From assembly GCF_006345805.1 (NCBI RefSeq), contig NC_043004.1:2542001-2606000 (forward strand): 64,000 bases of DNA, in the 5' to 3' direction. Numbering within the stretch: the stretch's first letter is position 1; each line of letters opens with the position of its first letter. Positions 37,164 to 51,065 of the stretch are shown in pieces. The notes beneath the pieces were generated by a model. It did not search any database. It was given only the letters and a program-made list of their open reading frames with translations, and had not been told where the DNA came from. The stretch comes from Octopus sinensis (Eukaryota). The translations under genes were made by a program, and so were the position numbers.

Positions 37164-38420
37164 TAGTTGTTCACACAAGTGTGACTTTTTTTATTTCTTA
37201 TTCTCATATAATATCGAAATCATCTCCAAAGATTAATATTTCATAAAACAGTCCGGATCATGTTCATTTCTGTCTGCTGCAGGGATCCTAAAGTGTTTCA
37301 TAATGTCCTGATTAAATGCACGTAACTGCGTTGACCAACCCATGACGTTTATGTATTAAAAATCCAATAGGAAATATCTCGTTCCCTGACGGATTAATCT
37401 TATTGAGTTCAAGATAATCCACCTCATCTTTTATAAGGTGGAACCAGGAAAGTATTTGTAGGACGAAACAAATAAGGATTTGAATGTTTAAGTCTAAAAC
37501 TCGGAGAGCAGTTTAGTGTTAGATCCGTAGATGGTTTCCTTACATGAGAACAAACTCTCAAATGGTCCACTCGACTTAGATGTAAGGTCCACTCGACTCA
37601 GAAGTAATTCTGAACAGGGACTACCGTTAATACTTTTTTGTGGAATTAAATACGCTAATGAGAAACTAATTACTACATTTCAGCTGAAATTCGCTAATCA
37701 TCTCCTGCCATTTAGCTGACACAAATTTCACTTTTGTTCATGGGTTGGTATGCAATCGTCCACCATGCTATAACGTCATTATATTTACATTTCTCACCAA
37801 GTGACTATCTTATTTGTCTACGAAATGCTGCGATATCCAAGTTTATGTAACATCGTTTGAATATTTATTATATTTATTGTAATTTATCTTTTAATTTTTA
37901 TATAGTTGAAATAACTTCCTGTCTTGTTATGCTGCTAATTCCATCAAAGTATGTAATTGTTCAATGATTGATCAAAGTACACTGTAGCAGAACAAACCCT
38001 AACCTAGCGTAAGATATACAATGAGCAATTTGAAGAAAATAAGGCACTGTCATAACAGAAAAAAGTAATTGAATGAAGATAAGTTAAGAAAGTCCTAGAG
38101 AAACAGCTATATACTTTCAAACGTCTTGATAGAAAAGAACAGACATGGCGGATAACGTATTCAGAGAAAACCTTAGAATACGAATATGATGCGTTGTACG
38201 TTCACAACATGGATTTTTCATTCAGATCCACCTTTCCGATCGTGTATACATTAAAGTGTTCAGAGTGTAAATCGTTGGTCCCTTTAGTCTTTAAATTATC
38301 CTAAGAAAATAAGAATAATGGCCTTAGATTTTTTATGAAGGGCAATTAGGAATAAAATTGGTTGTTTTAGAGCAATTAATCTTCAGATACGAAGGAAGTT
38401 TCAATATTTAGATCGAAGTA

Positions 38421-39020
38421 GGCGGTGAGCTGGCAGAAACGTTAGCACGCCAGGCGAAATGCTTAGCGGTATTTCGTCTGCGTTACGTTGTGAGTTCAAA
38501 TTCCGCCGAGGTCGACTTTGCCTTTCATCCTTTCGAAGTCGATAAATTAAGTACCAGTTACGCACTGGGGTCGATGTAATCGACTTAATACCTATGTCTG
38601 TCCTTGTTTGTCCCCTCTGTGTTTAGCCCCTTGTGGGTAATAAAGAAATAGGTATTTCGTCTGTCTTTACGTTCTGAGTTCAAATTCCGACGAGGTCGAC
38701 TTTACCTTTCATCCTTTCGGGGTCGATAAATTAAGTATCAGTTGCGTACTGGAGTCGATCTAATCAGCTGGTCCCCTCCCAAAAAGTTTCGAGCCTTGTA
38801 CTTAGAGTAGAAAAGGCGGTAAGCAGGCAGAATCTTTAGCAAAGTGCTTAGCGGTATTTCGACGATCTTTACGTTTGGGTTCAAATTCCGCCGAGATGGG
38901 CGTCATTCAATCTTTCAGAGGCCTATAAAAAACGCGCAGGTTGAGCACCGGGGTCGATATATTCGATTAACCCCTCTTCCTCTTTCGACATTGCTGACCT
39001 TGTGCCAAATTTGAAACCAA
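38421..39020 (+). mobile_element. family A SINE dimer (38421-38815) followed by a second diverged copy (38815-39020)
   Basis: Core repeats with period 183 bp (GGTATTT at 38468 and 38651). Confidence 0.88.
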
Positions 39021-40552
39021 TGTTTTGATCGAAGCAGCGCGGTCGATTGGCAGTATCGTTAGAGCGATGTACAAAATGCTTTGTGGTATTTGATTATGGC
39101 ACTTTGTAGATTTGAGTTGAAATCCGGCTAATATCATATGCGATAAATAAAGTATCTGATAAGTACTTGTATAGTTGTAATTCCCTTTACACTCCCTAAG
39201 CATTTGTGGCTTTGCATCAATATGAGAAATTTCGATGTGTTTCATCTCTTGTCATCATCCACTTTCTTACATACAGAGGTAAACTCCATGTTAACTTCAT
39301 TCGAAATATGGAGTTTTATTTCTTATAGAAAACGAAACTTGTTTAAAACGCAATGTTCTACTGAGCTTACCAAACTGCTAATTTATCTTTAAATATTTCA
39401 CGGACTCTACTCCAGTTACCCATGTAATATGGATATTCTTCTTGGTTTACAGTTCATAGAGCACGATTTTTAATGTCCTTATTGCATGAACAAAATAAAT
39501 ATATTTCCGAAACAGCAACTGATTCTCTCATCCGCCAGACGAGGGGCAAATTATATAATCACTCAACCTGATATGAATGACAATTGAAAACGACTTCCAG
39601 CTCGCACGCACACACACACACACAATTCACCAATGCTGGTAAGAAAACACTTGCTCTTTTTATGGTAACCATACTTAGTAAATTATATAATATACAAGAG
39701 TCTTCATTTGGTGCAGACCAGTAGAAATAATTTCCAGTTACTCCTAAAAATCCAAATATAATGACATACAAAGCGAAAATCGCCTTGTACCTCATTATTC
39801 TAAATGCAACTGTGTAAAAAAAAATCTTGAATAAAATTTTGTCAGTTTCAAAGTCTTTATCATTTCCACTATTAAGATTGTCCTAGGGCTAAACAGTAAC
39901 ACTACGTACAGCCAAAGGAGCGTTTATCTTGCAGATGAGCTCCGGTATCAAGACGGGAACTGGCGAGTCTTTTTGTACATATAAATATATGTATGTATAC
40001 ATATGTGTGTGTGTTTGTGTGTGCGTAAGTGTGTGTATGTGTATGCATGTGTCTATGAGTTCGTATTTATTGTGCATATATATTTTATCGATTTGGACAT
40101 TTCATCAGTACATCAATCATATAAAAAGTGTTATTTTTCCACGTTAACGCATCGATTGATTTCTTCATCAAGATATAATTAGATAAGAGTTTAGAGAAAG
40201 ATAAAAAATTGTATTCAATGATAAGACATCTTCCCAGATAAAACAGCGCTAACGAAAGTTTTCTGATAGTGACGTGGACATCTCTACGGTTGCGCATCGG
40301 TGCTGGAGCATGGTTGGTAGTGGAGACTAAATACCTAGGTAAACTAAAGGATTTTCATCGGTTATAAGCAGATTCTTTGTTATATATAATTCATTAGTTA
40401 TTCAGCTAAATACATATCATGTCAATTAACCTGCTGGATTAGTATTACGGAGGCCACGATTTATGCTTTCCATAATAAATGGTTGTACAGGGATTCTGTT
40501 TATACTGATCAAATGCATGTGCTCCTTCCTCCTTTTCCTCCTTTTCCTCTTT

Positions 40553-40579
40553 CCGACGAAGAGCTGCGTTCGAAACGTC
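40553..40579 (+). ncRNA. degenerate minimal hammerhead-like motif (U4C substitution)
   Basis: CCGACGA-A-GAGC-TGC-GTTC-GAAA-CG-TC; stem II pairs G-C, A-U, G-U, C-G; stem I not evident. Confidence 0.5.
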
Positions 40580-40607
40580 ATTTGTTCTCTTATTTTTCCA
40601 TCTAAAA

Positions 40608-40744
40608 CTTTCCCCAAGACACCTGATGAAGGCTGGAGAGTATATCAGCCGAAACGTTGTGTTAAGAGCAAGATGAGGACAAATATCCGTCAAATGTAAA
40701 TAATGTAAATAATGTACATAATTTCTCATCTCTTAAATATAGAA
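40608..40744 (+). mobile_element. 3' body of the hammerhead-bearing SINE-like element (5'-truncated copy)
   Basis: TTTCCCCAAGACACCTGATGAAGG...GGACAAATATCCGTCAAATGTAAATAATGTAAATAAT...CATCTCTTAAATATAGAA is homologous to 58710-58850. Confidence 0.85.
40618..40663 (+). ncRNA. minimal type I hammerhead ribozyme motif (predicted)
   Basis: Stem I GACAC/GTGTT, core CTGATGA, one extra A, stem II GGCTG/CAGCC with 10 nt loop, GAAA, palindromic ACGT stem III, GUU triplet (predicted cut after 40658). Activity not shown. Confidence 0.7.
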
Positions 40745-40762
40745 TTATATATTTCTTTATAT

Positions 40763-40950
40763 GGACAAACAAGGACAAAGGGATTAAGTCGATTGCATCG
40801 ACCCCAGTGCGTAATTGGTACTTATTTAATCAACCCCGAAAGGATGAAAGGCGAAGTCCACCCCCACGAAATTTGAACACAAAACGTAACGACAGACGAA
40901 ATACTACTAAGCATTTTTTCGGCGCGCTAACGATTCTGCCAGCCCGTAGC
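40763..40950 (-). mobile_element. family A SINE
   Basis: Reverse complement of the family A consensus seen in this window. Confidence 0.85.
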
Positions 40951-41299
40951 CATGCTTTTCCTCTAATATATTCACTTTGTAGTCCAATTGTTTTTCTTCC
41001 TATTTGGTTCATGGATTTGCCTCTTTCGTGACTAAATGTGAGAGGAACCATAGGAAAAAATGATTCTTCAGATCGAAGATCAAACCGAAAGTTCTCCCAA
41101 TTGTGAACTCCATAAAAATACTCAAAAGCTGAGTGGTGGTGATGAACCATGCAAAGTTTTAGGTCGATTTCCAAACCAAAAACAAGTACCGTCCACCTGA
41201 GATGTTGTATTTTTTTCCTTTTATCCAGTTTGTCCCACAAGGCACAGGTCCAGTCGAGAATGAGTTATGAAATACCTGTCGTCGTACTAGGATCGAACG

Positions 41300-41422
41300 C
41301 CGAAATAGAAGGATGAAAAGCAAAATCGACCTCGGCGGAATTTGAACTCAGAACGTAGCGGCAGACGAAATACCACTACGCATTTCGTCCAGCGAGCTAA
41401 CGTTTCTGCCAGCTCGCCACCT
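41300..41422 (-). mobile_element. family A SINE, 5' half
   Basis: CTCGGCGGAATTTGAACTCAGAACGT...GCTAACGTTTCTGCCAGCTCGCC. Confidence 0.8.
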
Positions 41423-41750
41423 CACTAACCAAATATCTTAAATATAAAGCAATGAAGAAGAGAATGACAGAAATTCTGATGCAAGAAATGGCGAAGAAGG
41501 GAATTTTTAAAAATCGGTACAAATTGTAAAGAGTTTTAGAATATTATTAATGTATTTCATATATAAATATCATCATTGTAGATGCGTTAGGGAATGAGAA
41601 CTCTCAACGTATCTGAATGGACATTATATTTCAAAACATAGATATATTCTATTGGGTGTATGAAGAAATATGTAAAATTCTTACGAAATAACTTAAAATA
41701 CATTTGCTATGAATAACTAGAGAGAATCATAGAAAATAATCTAATTTATT

Positions 41751-41933
41751 CACACACACACACACACACGAACACACACACATACACACAGTAAATACAT
41801 ATAGTAATTCATATTAGTTGTTTGTATGAGTATACATTAACTTTACACGCATACATAAATTTGTATATAGGCATATGCATACACACAAACACACATGCAC
41901 ACACACAGACATGCACACACACACACACACACG

Positions 41934-41984
<51 letters not shown>

Positions 41985-42040
41985 GCACATACAAATAATT
42001 ATACACACAGACGTAGGTGTGTATGTGTGTGTTTGTGTGT
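41751..42040. repeat. (CA)n/(TA)n microsatellites
   Basis: Direct reading. Confidence 0.9.
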
Positions 42041-42760
42041 CTTTATATCAACGATAAACATTTCTATATAGTAACTGTATGTTTTCCAATCAAATGTGTA
42101 CATCACTATTTCAGTAAGATATCTAGAAGATGCGAGTACGACTATATACAGCTGAAAAGATCTAATAACTCAGAATCTACCCGGAATTTTCGGAGTATCA
42201 ATCAAAGACTAGTCTCACGTCCCATGGCAGGTACTTATTCATTTCAACCATTTGACAAAAATCAACATTAAATCTAATGACCTATTCATCAATTATGTTA
42301 CAATTTCCAATCATTAAGTATATACCGCTCATCGTATTCCTAGGCTTATCTAGCACTATCGTTGTTTTCCATAATCAATGACTGTCCTCTTATCCTTTGC
42401 TGTGACGGTCCGATAAACCCGAAACCTTCAAACAAGGCCACGTATCAACTTTCAATTTCTAATTAAACTGACTCTCCGAATTATCTCCCTTACTTTATTT
42501 ATTAATGAATTGAGAAGATTTATCATAAAAGTCAACGATTATGAATTCATTACATGTGTAGATAATGTTTTTCTATTCTATTTTAGCTTTTGTTAGGTTC
42601 GTAAACGCCTTCTTAACTGAGCTAACAACATACATAATAGTCACAAGACCGTGGCCTCTGTAGAAAGCAGAATATCATATTTACGTACATACATATGTAT
42701 ATATATAGAGAGAGATATGGATAAAGGGATAGATAGACATACTGCATATATATTATATAT

Positions 42761-42794
<34 letters not shown>

Positions 42795-42971
42795 AATAGA
42801 TGAGTGTATTTTTACCTTGTTAACAATTAACACGGAAAAATAAATAAATAGTTACCAGGGCAGCAAAAATCTCGCAAGTACAGGTGTTGTAACTCCTTGT
42901 TTATAAAGGTAGAAACTTCGTGTTTACGTTGAATATTTAAATTGAAAGTTCCAAATATATATATATATATA

Positions 42972-44004
42972 TCAAACAGGTACATCAAACAGGAGAGTGA
43001 ATCCTTGCTTGCCGCTGTTAGAATTGACAATACAATACCTAACGGAAACGTGATGCACCCACAAACATTTAAGAAACAAGATGAAGAAGTAAGAATAAAC
43101 AACTGGAAAATGAAACCTCTGCATGGGCAATACTTCAGAGAAAACGGAAGGAAAATACAAGATCAACACTTGGAGATAGCTAAGGAAAAGTGATCTGAAA
43201 GGATGCACTGATTCATCGATACGCAGCACCCAGGAACAAGCTCTGAGAACTAATTACACCAAGTTCCAAATAGATAAGAATAGCGAATCGTCCCTTTGTA
43301 GGATGAGTGGCAGCAGAAATGAAACAACGTCACATATTGTAAATGAGTGTAATAAGCTGGCCTAAAAGCACTACGAAAGGAGATATGAAAACGTGGTTGG
43401 TTAAGTCCGTCCATCGGAGGCTATGTGAAAAGTACGGCCTGAACAGAGCACGGAAAGGATACGAACATGAACAGAAGAAGTCACGGAGAACAATGAACAT
43501 AAGATAATGTGAGATTTTAAAATCCAATGTGACTCCTTAATCGATGCTCGGAAACTAGACATTGTTGTGGTAGATAAAGGAAGAAAAAAAAGGAAATCAA
43601 GATTATAGATACCTGGAGATGAAGGCATAAGCGACAAAGAACTAGAAAAGATTGAAAATTACACACTACTAAAAAACGAGATTGCAAGAATGTGGACTAT
43701 GAGGAGAGTGTCTGTCATTCCAGTAGTTGTACGAGCACTCTTAGCACTAACAACCAAGTTCGAGAAATATGTCAAAGATGTCGGAATTGAATTACAAGCA
43801 GAGCAAGCCCCCAAAACTGCTCTGCTAGGGACAGCTAGGATTTTGAGATTGGTACTTAGATGTTGAATGTCTCCTACGGTAATTAACAACCAAGTATCAA
43901 AGCTTGTAACGTGCAGAAAGATAACCTGTGAGACCTCAGACAACAGGCTGCCGTCCGCTCTCACTGAATCTACCAGCACAGACAAACAAGACCGAATGTC
44001 CTGA
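42972..44004 (+). mobile_element. R4/Dong element, 5'-truncated decayed 3' kb with (GAA)n tail
   Basis: NWKMKPLHGQYFRE, QEQALRTNY, LCRMSGSRNETTSHIVNEC, FKIQCDSLIDARKLDIVVVDK, KNEIARMW, VIPVVVRAL, KTALLGTARILRLVLRC*, then a 3'UTR. Confidence 0.9.
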
Positions 44005-44112
44005 GAAGAAGAAGAAGAAGAAGAAGAAGAAGAAGAAGAAGAAGAAGAAGAAGAAGAAGAAGAAGAAGAAGAAGAAGAAGAAGAAGAAGAAGAAGAAGAA
44101 GAAGAAGAAGAA
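44005..44112. repeat. (GAA)36 microsatellite
   Basis: Direct reading; perfect tract. Confidence 0.95.
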
Positions 44113-44431
44113 GGACTACTATTACTACTACAAGGAAAAGAATAACTTCTAGATGAGGCACAAGATCGAACATTATTGAAAGAGCTGTATCTTCGATTAT
44201 ATCGACTTTGATAATAGGTAAATACTAAATTTATCGACCCCAAAGTTGTCATATAGGACAGTATTTTTATCTGATTTTGCAAAGGTGTGTAATTAAATAC
44301 TGCGTGGTATAAAGAACATTGAATGATATGAGAGCGACCATAATTATAACTCTATAAAGTCTCGTCGACTGGTGAAATGGTTAAGGCGTTGAAGTGACAA
44401 AATGTATTGCTTATATACATGTGATATTGAC

Positions 44432-44747
44432 TGACACTCCGTCGGTTAGGGCGATGAGGGTTCCAGTTGATCTGATCAAGGGATCAGCCTGCTCGTGAAA
44501 ATAAGGCGCAAGTGACTGAGTACTCCACAGATACGCGTACCCTTAACGTACTTCTCAGGGACATTCAGCATGGTACAGAATATGACAAGGCAGGCCCTTT
44601 TGAAATACGGGTACTACTCATTTGTATCGGGTGAGTGGAGCAACGTGAAATAAATTATGTTAGTCAAATACAAAACGCGCCGCTGCGAATCGAACTCAGA
44701 ACCTTACCATCGTAAGCTGAGTACCTGAACCACTAAGCCACGCGCCT
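44432..44747 (-). mobile_element. tRNA-derived SINE, family C
   Basis: Minus-strand head GGCGCGTGGCTTAGTGGTTCAGG...GAGTTCGATTCG; body homologous to 21402-21721. Confidence 0.85.
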
Positions 44748-45334
44748 TTACAGCTAATATGATATTTAGTCCGTCTCCCACCTCATTTACTACGACTATA
44801 GTCAGCTCTACACTAAACTCTTACGACCATACATCCATTTTCTCCCTGCTTTAGCAGGCAAGGCGTCTTCCTCTTCCGTTAATAAAATGTATATTATTTA
44901 CTTATTTATTAATTGTTTGTTATTCTTATTCCCAGAGAACACACTGTTTAGCAATATTCGGTATATAGTTTACCTTGAAGTCCTTTCGACCAAACAAACC
45001 TCTGCAACAACACTAAATCATACGCAACCACCAAAAGCTACATCAACAACGTAACATGAATTTTCGTGGAAAAATATTGTAAAAGGAAGAAAAAAAATCA
45101 AAAGCAGAAAGAAAAACACCCAAAAAGGGAAAAATAATAATAAAACAAAAACGAAAGCAGCATCAAAAACAACAAAATGAACAACAAAACTCCTAAAACA
45201 GGTTCAGGCGATGTTCAATGCTAAATAACTAAGTTTAGGGAGAATATATTAAATGGGTTTCGTTTTCGCAAAGTATTTATTGCCCAGACGAAAACTACGT
45301 CAAACAAAACAGAAAAATACACAATCACACGAAA

Positions 45335-45521
45335 CCTCTCTCTCTCTCTCTTACTCCCCCTCACTCTTCCCCCATCTCCTTCTCCTTCTATCTCTCTTTC
45401 GCTCTCTCTCTCTCTCCGACTTTCTCTCTGTCCTTTATCTAACAATATACATATATATATATATATAGGCACAAACACACAAATACTCTCACACAGAATA
45501 TACGCAGGAATACATGCATAA

Positions 45522-45602
<81 letters not shown>

Positions 45603-46182
45603 ATATATACAGGTATATACAGGTGTATATGTTTCTGATTATGTGTATGTATATATGTGTATGTGTGTGAGAGACTCTACACATGTATATACGCATACGT
45701 GCATACTTATATATGTGAGTGTTTGTATGTATAAATGAATGTTCGCGCACACATGTATACACACACACATATACACACACATACATCCACTGACACAGGC
45801 ATGTGTATTAATTCTAATATGATATGCCTGGAAACAAGTTAGTTTTGATTATTAAGCTAAGAGCTAGCATTAATCACCCCATTAAACAGACCTCATTTAA
45901 ATTGCTTTGTTATTCTGACACATTTTGCCCACCATAAACATACGTGCTTCTTGATCATCACAAACGTTCCCATGTTCATATCTTGCTCTATCTGTCTGTC
46001 TCAATCTCTCTCTCCCCCTCTCTCTCTTTCTCTTCACTCAGTCTTTCGCTCTCTCTTTCTCTCTCTTTCTCTCTCTTTCTCTCCCTGTATGTATGCATAT
46101 ATATGTGAGCCTGTATATGTCTGTATATGTATATATTCATATGTAAATACATATATACACATGTACGCACACACACACACAC

Positions 46183-46264
<82 letters not shown>

Positions 46265-46733
46265 GAATGTTTGTGTGTATGAACATGTATATATTTATGT
46301 ATATGACTATAAATATATGAATATATATATATACACACAGATATATAAATGAATATATTTATACACACACATACACACACACACAAACACACACACACAT
46401 ATATATATTGAATAATTGTTTATAATAAAATAATTCTACATCAATCTAGATTTTACTCAATACACTTTGTAGAGTATATATTTATTATTCTTCTACAAGT
46501 AGATTGATGACAGTAACTTCCTTCGAACAGTCCACCGAAGTCTTCAGGTAGAAACTTCGAAGTCACTATTTTTACTCTTGTATATTTCAGTTATCCGCCT
46601 TCAGTTTCTCGTGAGGGAATTATCTCTTTGGAAGAGGGAGCTTATATGATTACACCCACAAACAGACAGGCAGACAGACAGACAGACTAACAGACAGACT
46701 AACAGACAGACAGATAGACGGACAGACAGACAT

Positions 46734-46826
<93 letters not shown>
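45335..46826. repeat. dense (CT)n/(CA)n/(TA)n/(CAGA)n/(GATA)n microsatellite field
   Basis: Direct reading; includes short unique spacers. Confidence 0.9.
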
Positions 46827-46827
<1 letters not shown>

Positions 46828-47200
46828 CATGCCATGATACGTAACAAGTTGCGAAACCTTTGCATAGATGGTAAACTGGGAGAGTTCCTACATGCCTTCC
46901 TGAAACATAGAAATGAAGCAGTCACGACCTGTGGTGCCAACTCTAAGGAAACCCAAAGGGAACTGATTTGGGGACATTGCGGTTTATAGTAACTCAGTTA
47001 AACATGACCATGACCACTCAGACAGTCACTTTGCTACGCCGATGGTATAGAATTGTCACAGATAATAAAAATTCTCACGATATCTGAAGGTTGCCTGCTG
47101 TATACAAGTGGGATGAACGAAAGAACATGCTGTTCAATGCTTGGAGAATTCACGAACTGCGTTATGAACTCACAAATGCACAATTCCTTCCTATACAAAA
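46825..47200 (+). mobile_element. highly degenerate CR1-group RT fragment
   Basis: DHAMIRNKLRNLCIDGKLGEFLHAFLKHR, YADGIELSQ (cf. YADD), VYKWDERKNMLFNA across frameshifts. Confidence 0.65.
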
Positions 47201-48663
47201 CCCGAAAGCACTGTAATCTCAGTTTCACATCTCACCAAATGCGACTTTGTCCTTTCTTCACTTCGACCATGATAAACTATTCAAGTTCTGAGACCAATAA
47301 TAGCAATTCGTCTATTCTCCCCCAACTTTCAAACCTCGTAACTATGCGAGAAATAATTATTTCCATTCTTCATTTTGAAATTTGTCGTTTTATTTTATTA
47401 GGACGTTAGGGAATATCCTCGTACCATCGAACACTTAGTAAAACAGCAAAATACCATAATATTCGCCGAACTAGCGAAGCACAAACGAAACTAAAATAAC
47501 AATATATGATAACTGACAAAAATAGAAATGTATTCATTTTCTCTCCTCTAAATCAAAATCGAAAAAAAACTTTGCACGTATCAACAGAAAAACGATGGAT
47601 ACCTTAATGAACAGGTACACGGTAAATTGATGTCAGCTGCGAGATTTTGGTTATGTAATTCCACCCACTTTGACCTTAGTGTCAACAACATTTCCTGCCT
47701 GTTTATTCCACTCTCCACCCATTCTATACCAGCTGCTCCAGACGCCAAACTGAACTAGACAGTGTAATTAATCTCAACCACCACATCCCCCCCTGCCACC
47801 ACTCTCATTTTTGAACGACTTCTAATTTCGGAAACACATATGTTGATTTCTTCGCATTAAAGATCAACATTTACTCCCGACACCCTGCCTCGACTACTTC
47901 AGACTTCTCTCACTCCTGCTTCAGAACAAAAGATATCACTCAATCAGTCAAGGTTAAATAAAGATAGGATAAAAGGTTTCATTTAGGATACTTGCTTGGA
48001 TTAAAAGCAGAAAATGTCCACTACCTTCTTTATTTCCATCCATTAAACCAGAATTCGTAAATCAAACTATCAACACATTTACAGGGAGAAACGATACACA
48101 TGCGCCGGTATTCCAAATAAGGGAGAAAATATTTAATGTAAACCATTTTTGTTTATCTTTACAGATTTTCTAGAGATATCAGAGCAAACACTGAAAGTTT
48201 AGACGTTTCTTAAACGAATACGTCATGTAAACAATGTGATCAACGATAGAAGAAAATAATGGGTGTGTGCGCATACTTCAAGGGTAATTCTTATTTCATG
48301 AGTGCCATATCCAACTCATCAACCATCCACGAACGCATGGCTTAAATACGCACTAAGCTTAACGGTGTAACACTATTGGACAGACCAACTCTCATGTTAA
48401 ACACATTCCTATCAACTTATACGCAAAAATTAATTGCAAGAAAGGCCACAGTATTCCGTTTTGCGACGCTCGTATACTACCAAGTCTATTGAAGGATTAC
48501 ACGGCAATATTGAGCTTTATGTTCGCGTTAGCAACGTGCTTAATATGGAAATCGGTCTATCCAACAGTGGTGCACCGCTAAACGTAGTGGGTATTTAAGT
48601 AATCCGTTCATTGATGCGTTGAATGTGGTGATGATAAAAGAGCAACAACTCGTGAAATATGCA

Positions 48664-48687
48664 TATATATATATGTGTGTATATATA

Positions 48688-48757
<70 letters not shown>
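48664..48757. repeat. (TA)n microsatellite
   Basis: Direct reading. Confidence 0.95.
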
Positions 48758-48760
<3 letters not shown>

Positions 48761-49231
48761 TCAGATGAATATGGTACGATGCACCAGAATTTAGTACGGT
48801 ATTATCCATGCAATATCAAAGTAAGGTGATTAAAATCAAAATAAGCAACAAGGATATCCAGAGGTAATGCAATACGATCGTTTCATGCAACTCCATTTAA
48901 TTGAACAATGTAATCATTACATCAGTTTAAAATGCAGAACAATCCTCAGCTGCACAAAGATATAGAATTTAATTAAATTAAAACAGATGGACACATTCGT
49001 ATAATTATACCTAAAATCTCCAAGAAGTTAAGGAGATAGACTAAGAACATGCTGCCTTCACTCCAGCATAGAAGCTACTAAGGTATCACGAAAATATACA
49101 ATGTTACAGACTCTGTCTGTCACTGATTTCTTTGTTTTTATGGGGTAAGTTTTTAATTTATTGACTAGTTTATCAAATCCTTGTATATCTAAGGCTTAGA
49201 GAACAAAGGGACAGTATCTGTTAGGGTTATA

Positions 49232-49395
49232 TATACCAAATTTTTACCACAATAGAGGGAGGAAAATAAATTTTCCAGAAATAGTTTAATACGTATACAT
49301 ATTATACACTTATTTAAGTGTATAACATGTATAAATATTAAACTATTTCTGGAAAATTTCTTTTCCTCCCTCTATTGTGGTAAAAGTTTGGTATA
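49232..49395. mobile_element. 164 bp near-perfect palindrome, MITE-like, TA-flanked
   Basis: The outer 59 bp of the arms pair with 2 mismatches; pairing continues to a 2-3 nt centre (CACTTA-TT-TAAGTG). Confidence 0.8.
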
Positions 49396-49496
49396 CACTC
49401 AAAAGTATTCAACAATTTCTATCGTTTTGTTATATTCTTCTTAATAATACTCTGAATAACCTAAACTTTAACTGTATACAATATAGTAACATTCTG

Positions 49497-49633
49497 TCGA
49501 CCAAATCCACTCATAAGGCTTTGGTCGGCTCGAGGCTATAGCAGAAGGCACTTGCCCAAATTGTCACATAATGGAACTGAACCCGAAACCATGCGATTGG
49601 GAAGTAAGCTTCATACCACACACCCACTCCAGT
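49497..49633 (-). mobile_element. family B SINE head only
   Basis: Reverse complement of the family B 5' part up to GAGTGGATTTGGT. Confidence 0.8.
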
Positions 49634-49642
49634 GGCTATATT

Positions 49643-49697
<55 letters not shown>

Positions 49698-50110
49698 CAC
49701 ACACACACACAATCAAGTACTTCCATTTCTCAATTTAATGCTGAAATAGTGAAACTTAAACAAATAAATGAGAATTAACCTTTTACTTGAAAAACATTAA
49801 AGGACCGAACGAAATGCGATAGAGGGTCGGGGGCGGCATTATCCTAATTTTTCTACTTATATTCCATTTTATTGTCCATCGAAAATATGACAACCGGTTC
49901 TCACTATAAAAGAATAAAATATTTATATCCGGTTCGTACGAACCGGTAAGAATAGGGTTCAATATAAAACAAAACTCTCAAGAAAAGAAACCTATTAGAT
50001 ATAATCTGCAGTATTTATTTTTGCTGCCGGGAGCTGGGGAGCAAATCGCAGTAAAGTCGATCGGTCGTAAGTCGGATAGGTCGTAAGTCGATGATGATGA
50101 CCTATATATA

Positions 50111-50180
<70 letters not shown>

Positions 50181-50190
<10 letters not shown>

Positions 50191-50240
50191 GAGGGTGCGT
50201 TAAGTAATTTGTCGTCTAAATTACACAAAAAGGAAATCGC
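50181..50240 (+). mobile_element. solo terminal fragment related to the maT TIR
   Basis: TGTCGTCTAAATTACACAAAAAGGAAA matches the reverse complement of the right end of the 34285-35480 element (TGTCGTCTAAATTACGCAGAAAGGAAA). Confidence 0.6.
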
Positions 50241-51065
50241 AATAGAGGATATTAAAACATTCGGACAGAAGATAGACGCTACAAAGACGGACAAGGAACA
50301 ACAATTAGGACAGGCCAAAAAAAAAAAAAGAAAGACAAAAGCACGAACCGATTTCATTACGCAATACCTTAATAAGGAAAAGCAATAGAAAACTCCAGCA
50401 AAGTCACAAGTATTTACTCGCAATCAACGTTTATTTCATGTCTTACAAGTGTTCGATGTAGCTACCACCTGCAGAGGTTAATGAAAGGGATATAATTCAT
50501 GTGATCTCAGCAACAGGATGAGCGCAAGCGTGTGTGTGTATGTGAGAATGGTGTGTGTCAATGTGTAAGTATGTGTGTGTGAATGGGAGCGAGTGAGTTT
50601 GACGGGAGTGCGTGTGTAACCCGTGTGTGTGTTCGTGTGTTGTGTGTAGCAGTTAATGTGTGCTTTTACGCGTGGTGGGTGTACATGTGTATGTGTATGT
50701 GTGTCACTGTGACCAAATAGTGTGCATGTGTATAATGTATGCATACGGGCGAAAGTTATCTTTGTCTATGTATGTTGCCCGTGGTTATGTGTGTGTGCGT
50801 GTACGTGTATATATTGTCTGCCTTCCGGTATCATGTGCTTTTGTGGGTGTGGGAGTATGCAGGATGATGTGGGGTGTGTATATGCATGCATACATATATT
50901 TGGCCTACTCGCCAGCGGTGTGAAACCATTCGAATTCTAAAACGAAGCGAAGTTCATTGTGACCATCGAGGTATAACAACATCCGATAGTCTCGTCGAAA
51001 CTGTTATATACACATATACATATATACGTATATATGTATATATTTATACATATTCTTTCTTTTTT

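Noticed and set aside
47053-47409. 118 aa plus-strand ORF
   Set aside because: Its first part is an off-frame reading of the decayed CR1 RT relic; the rest has no recognisable features.
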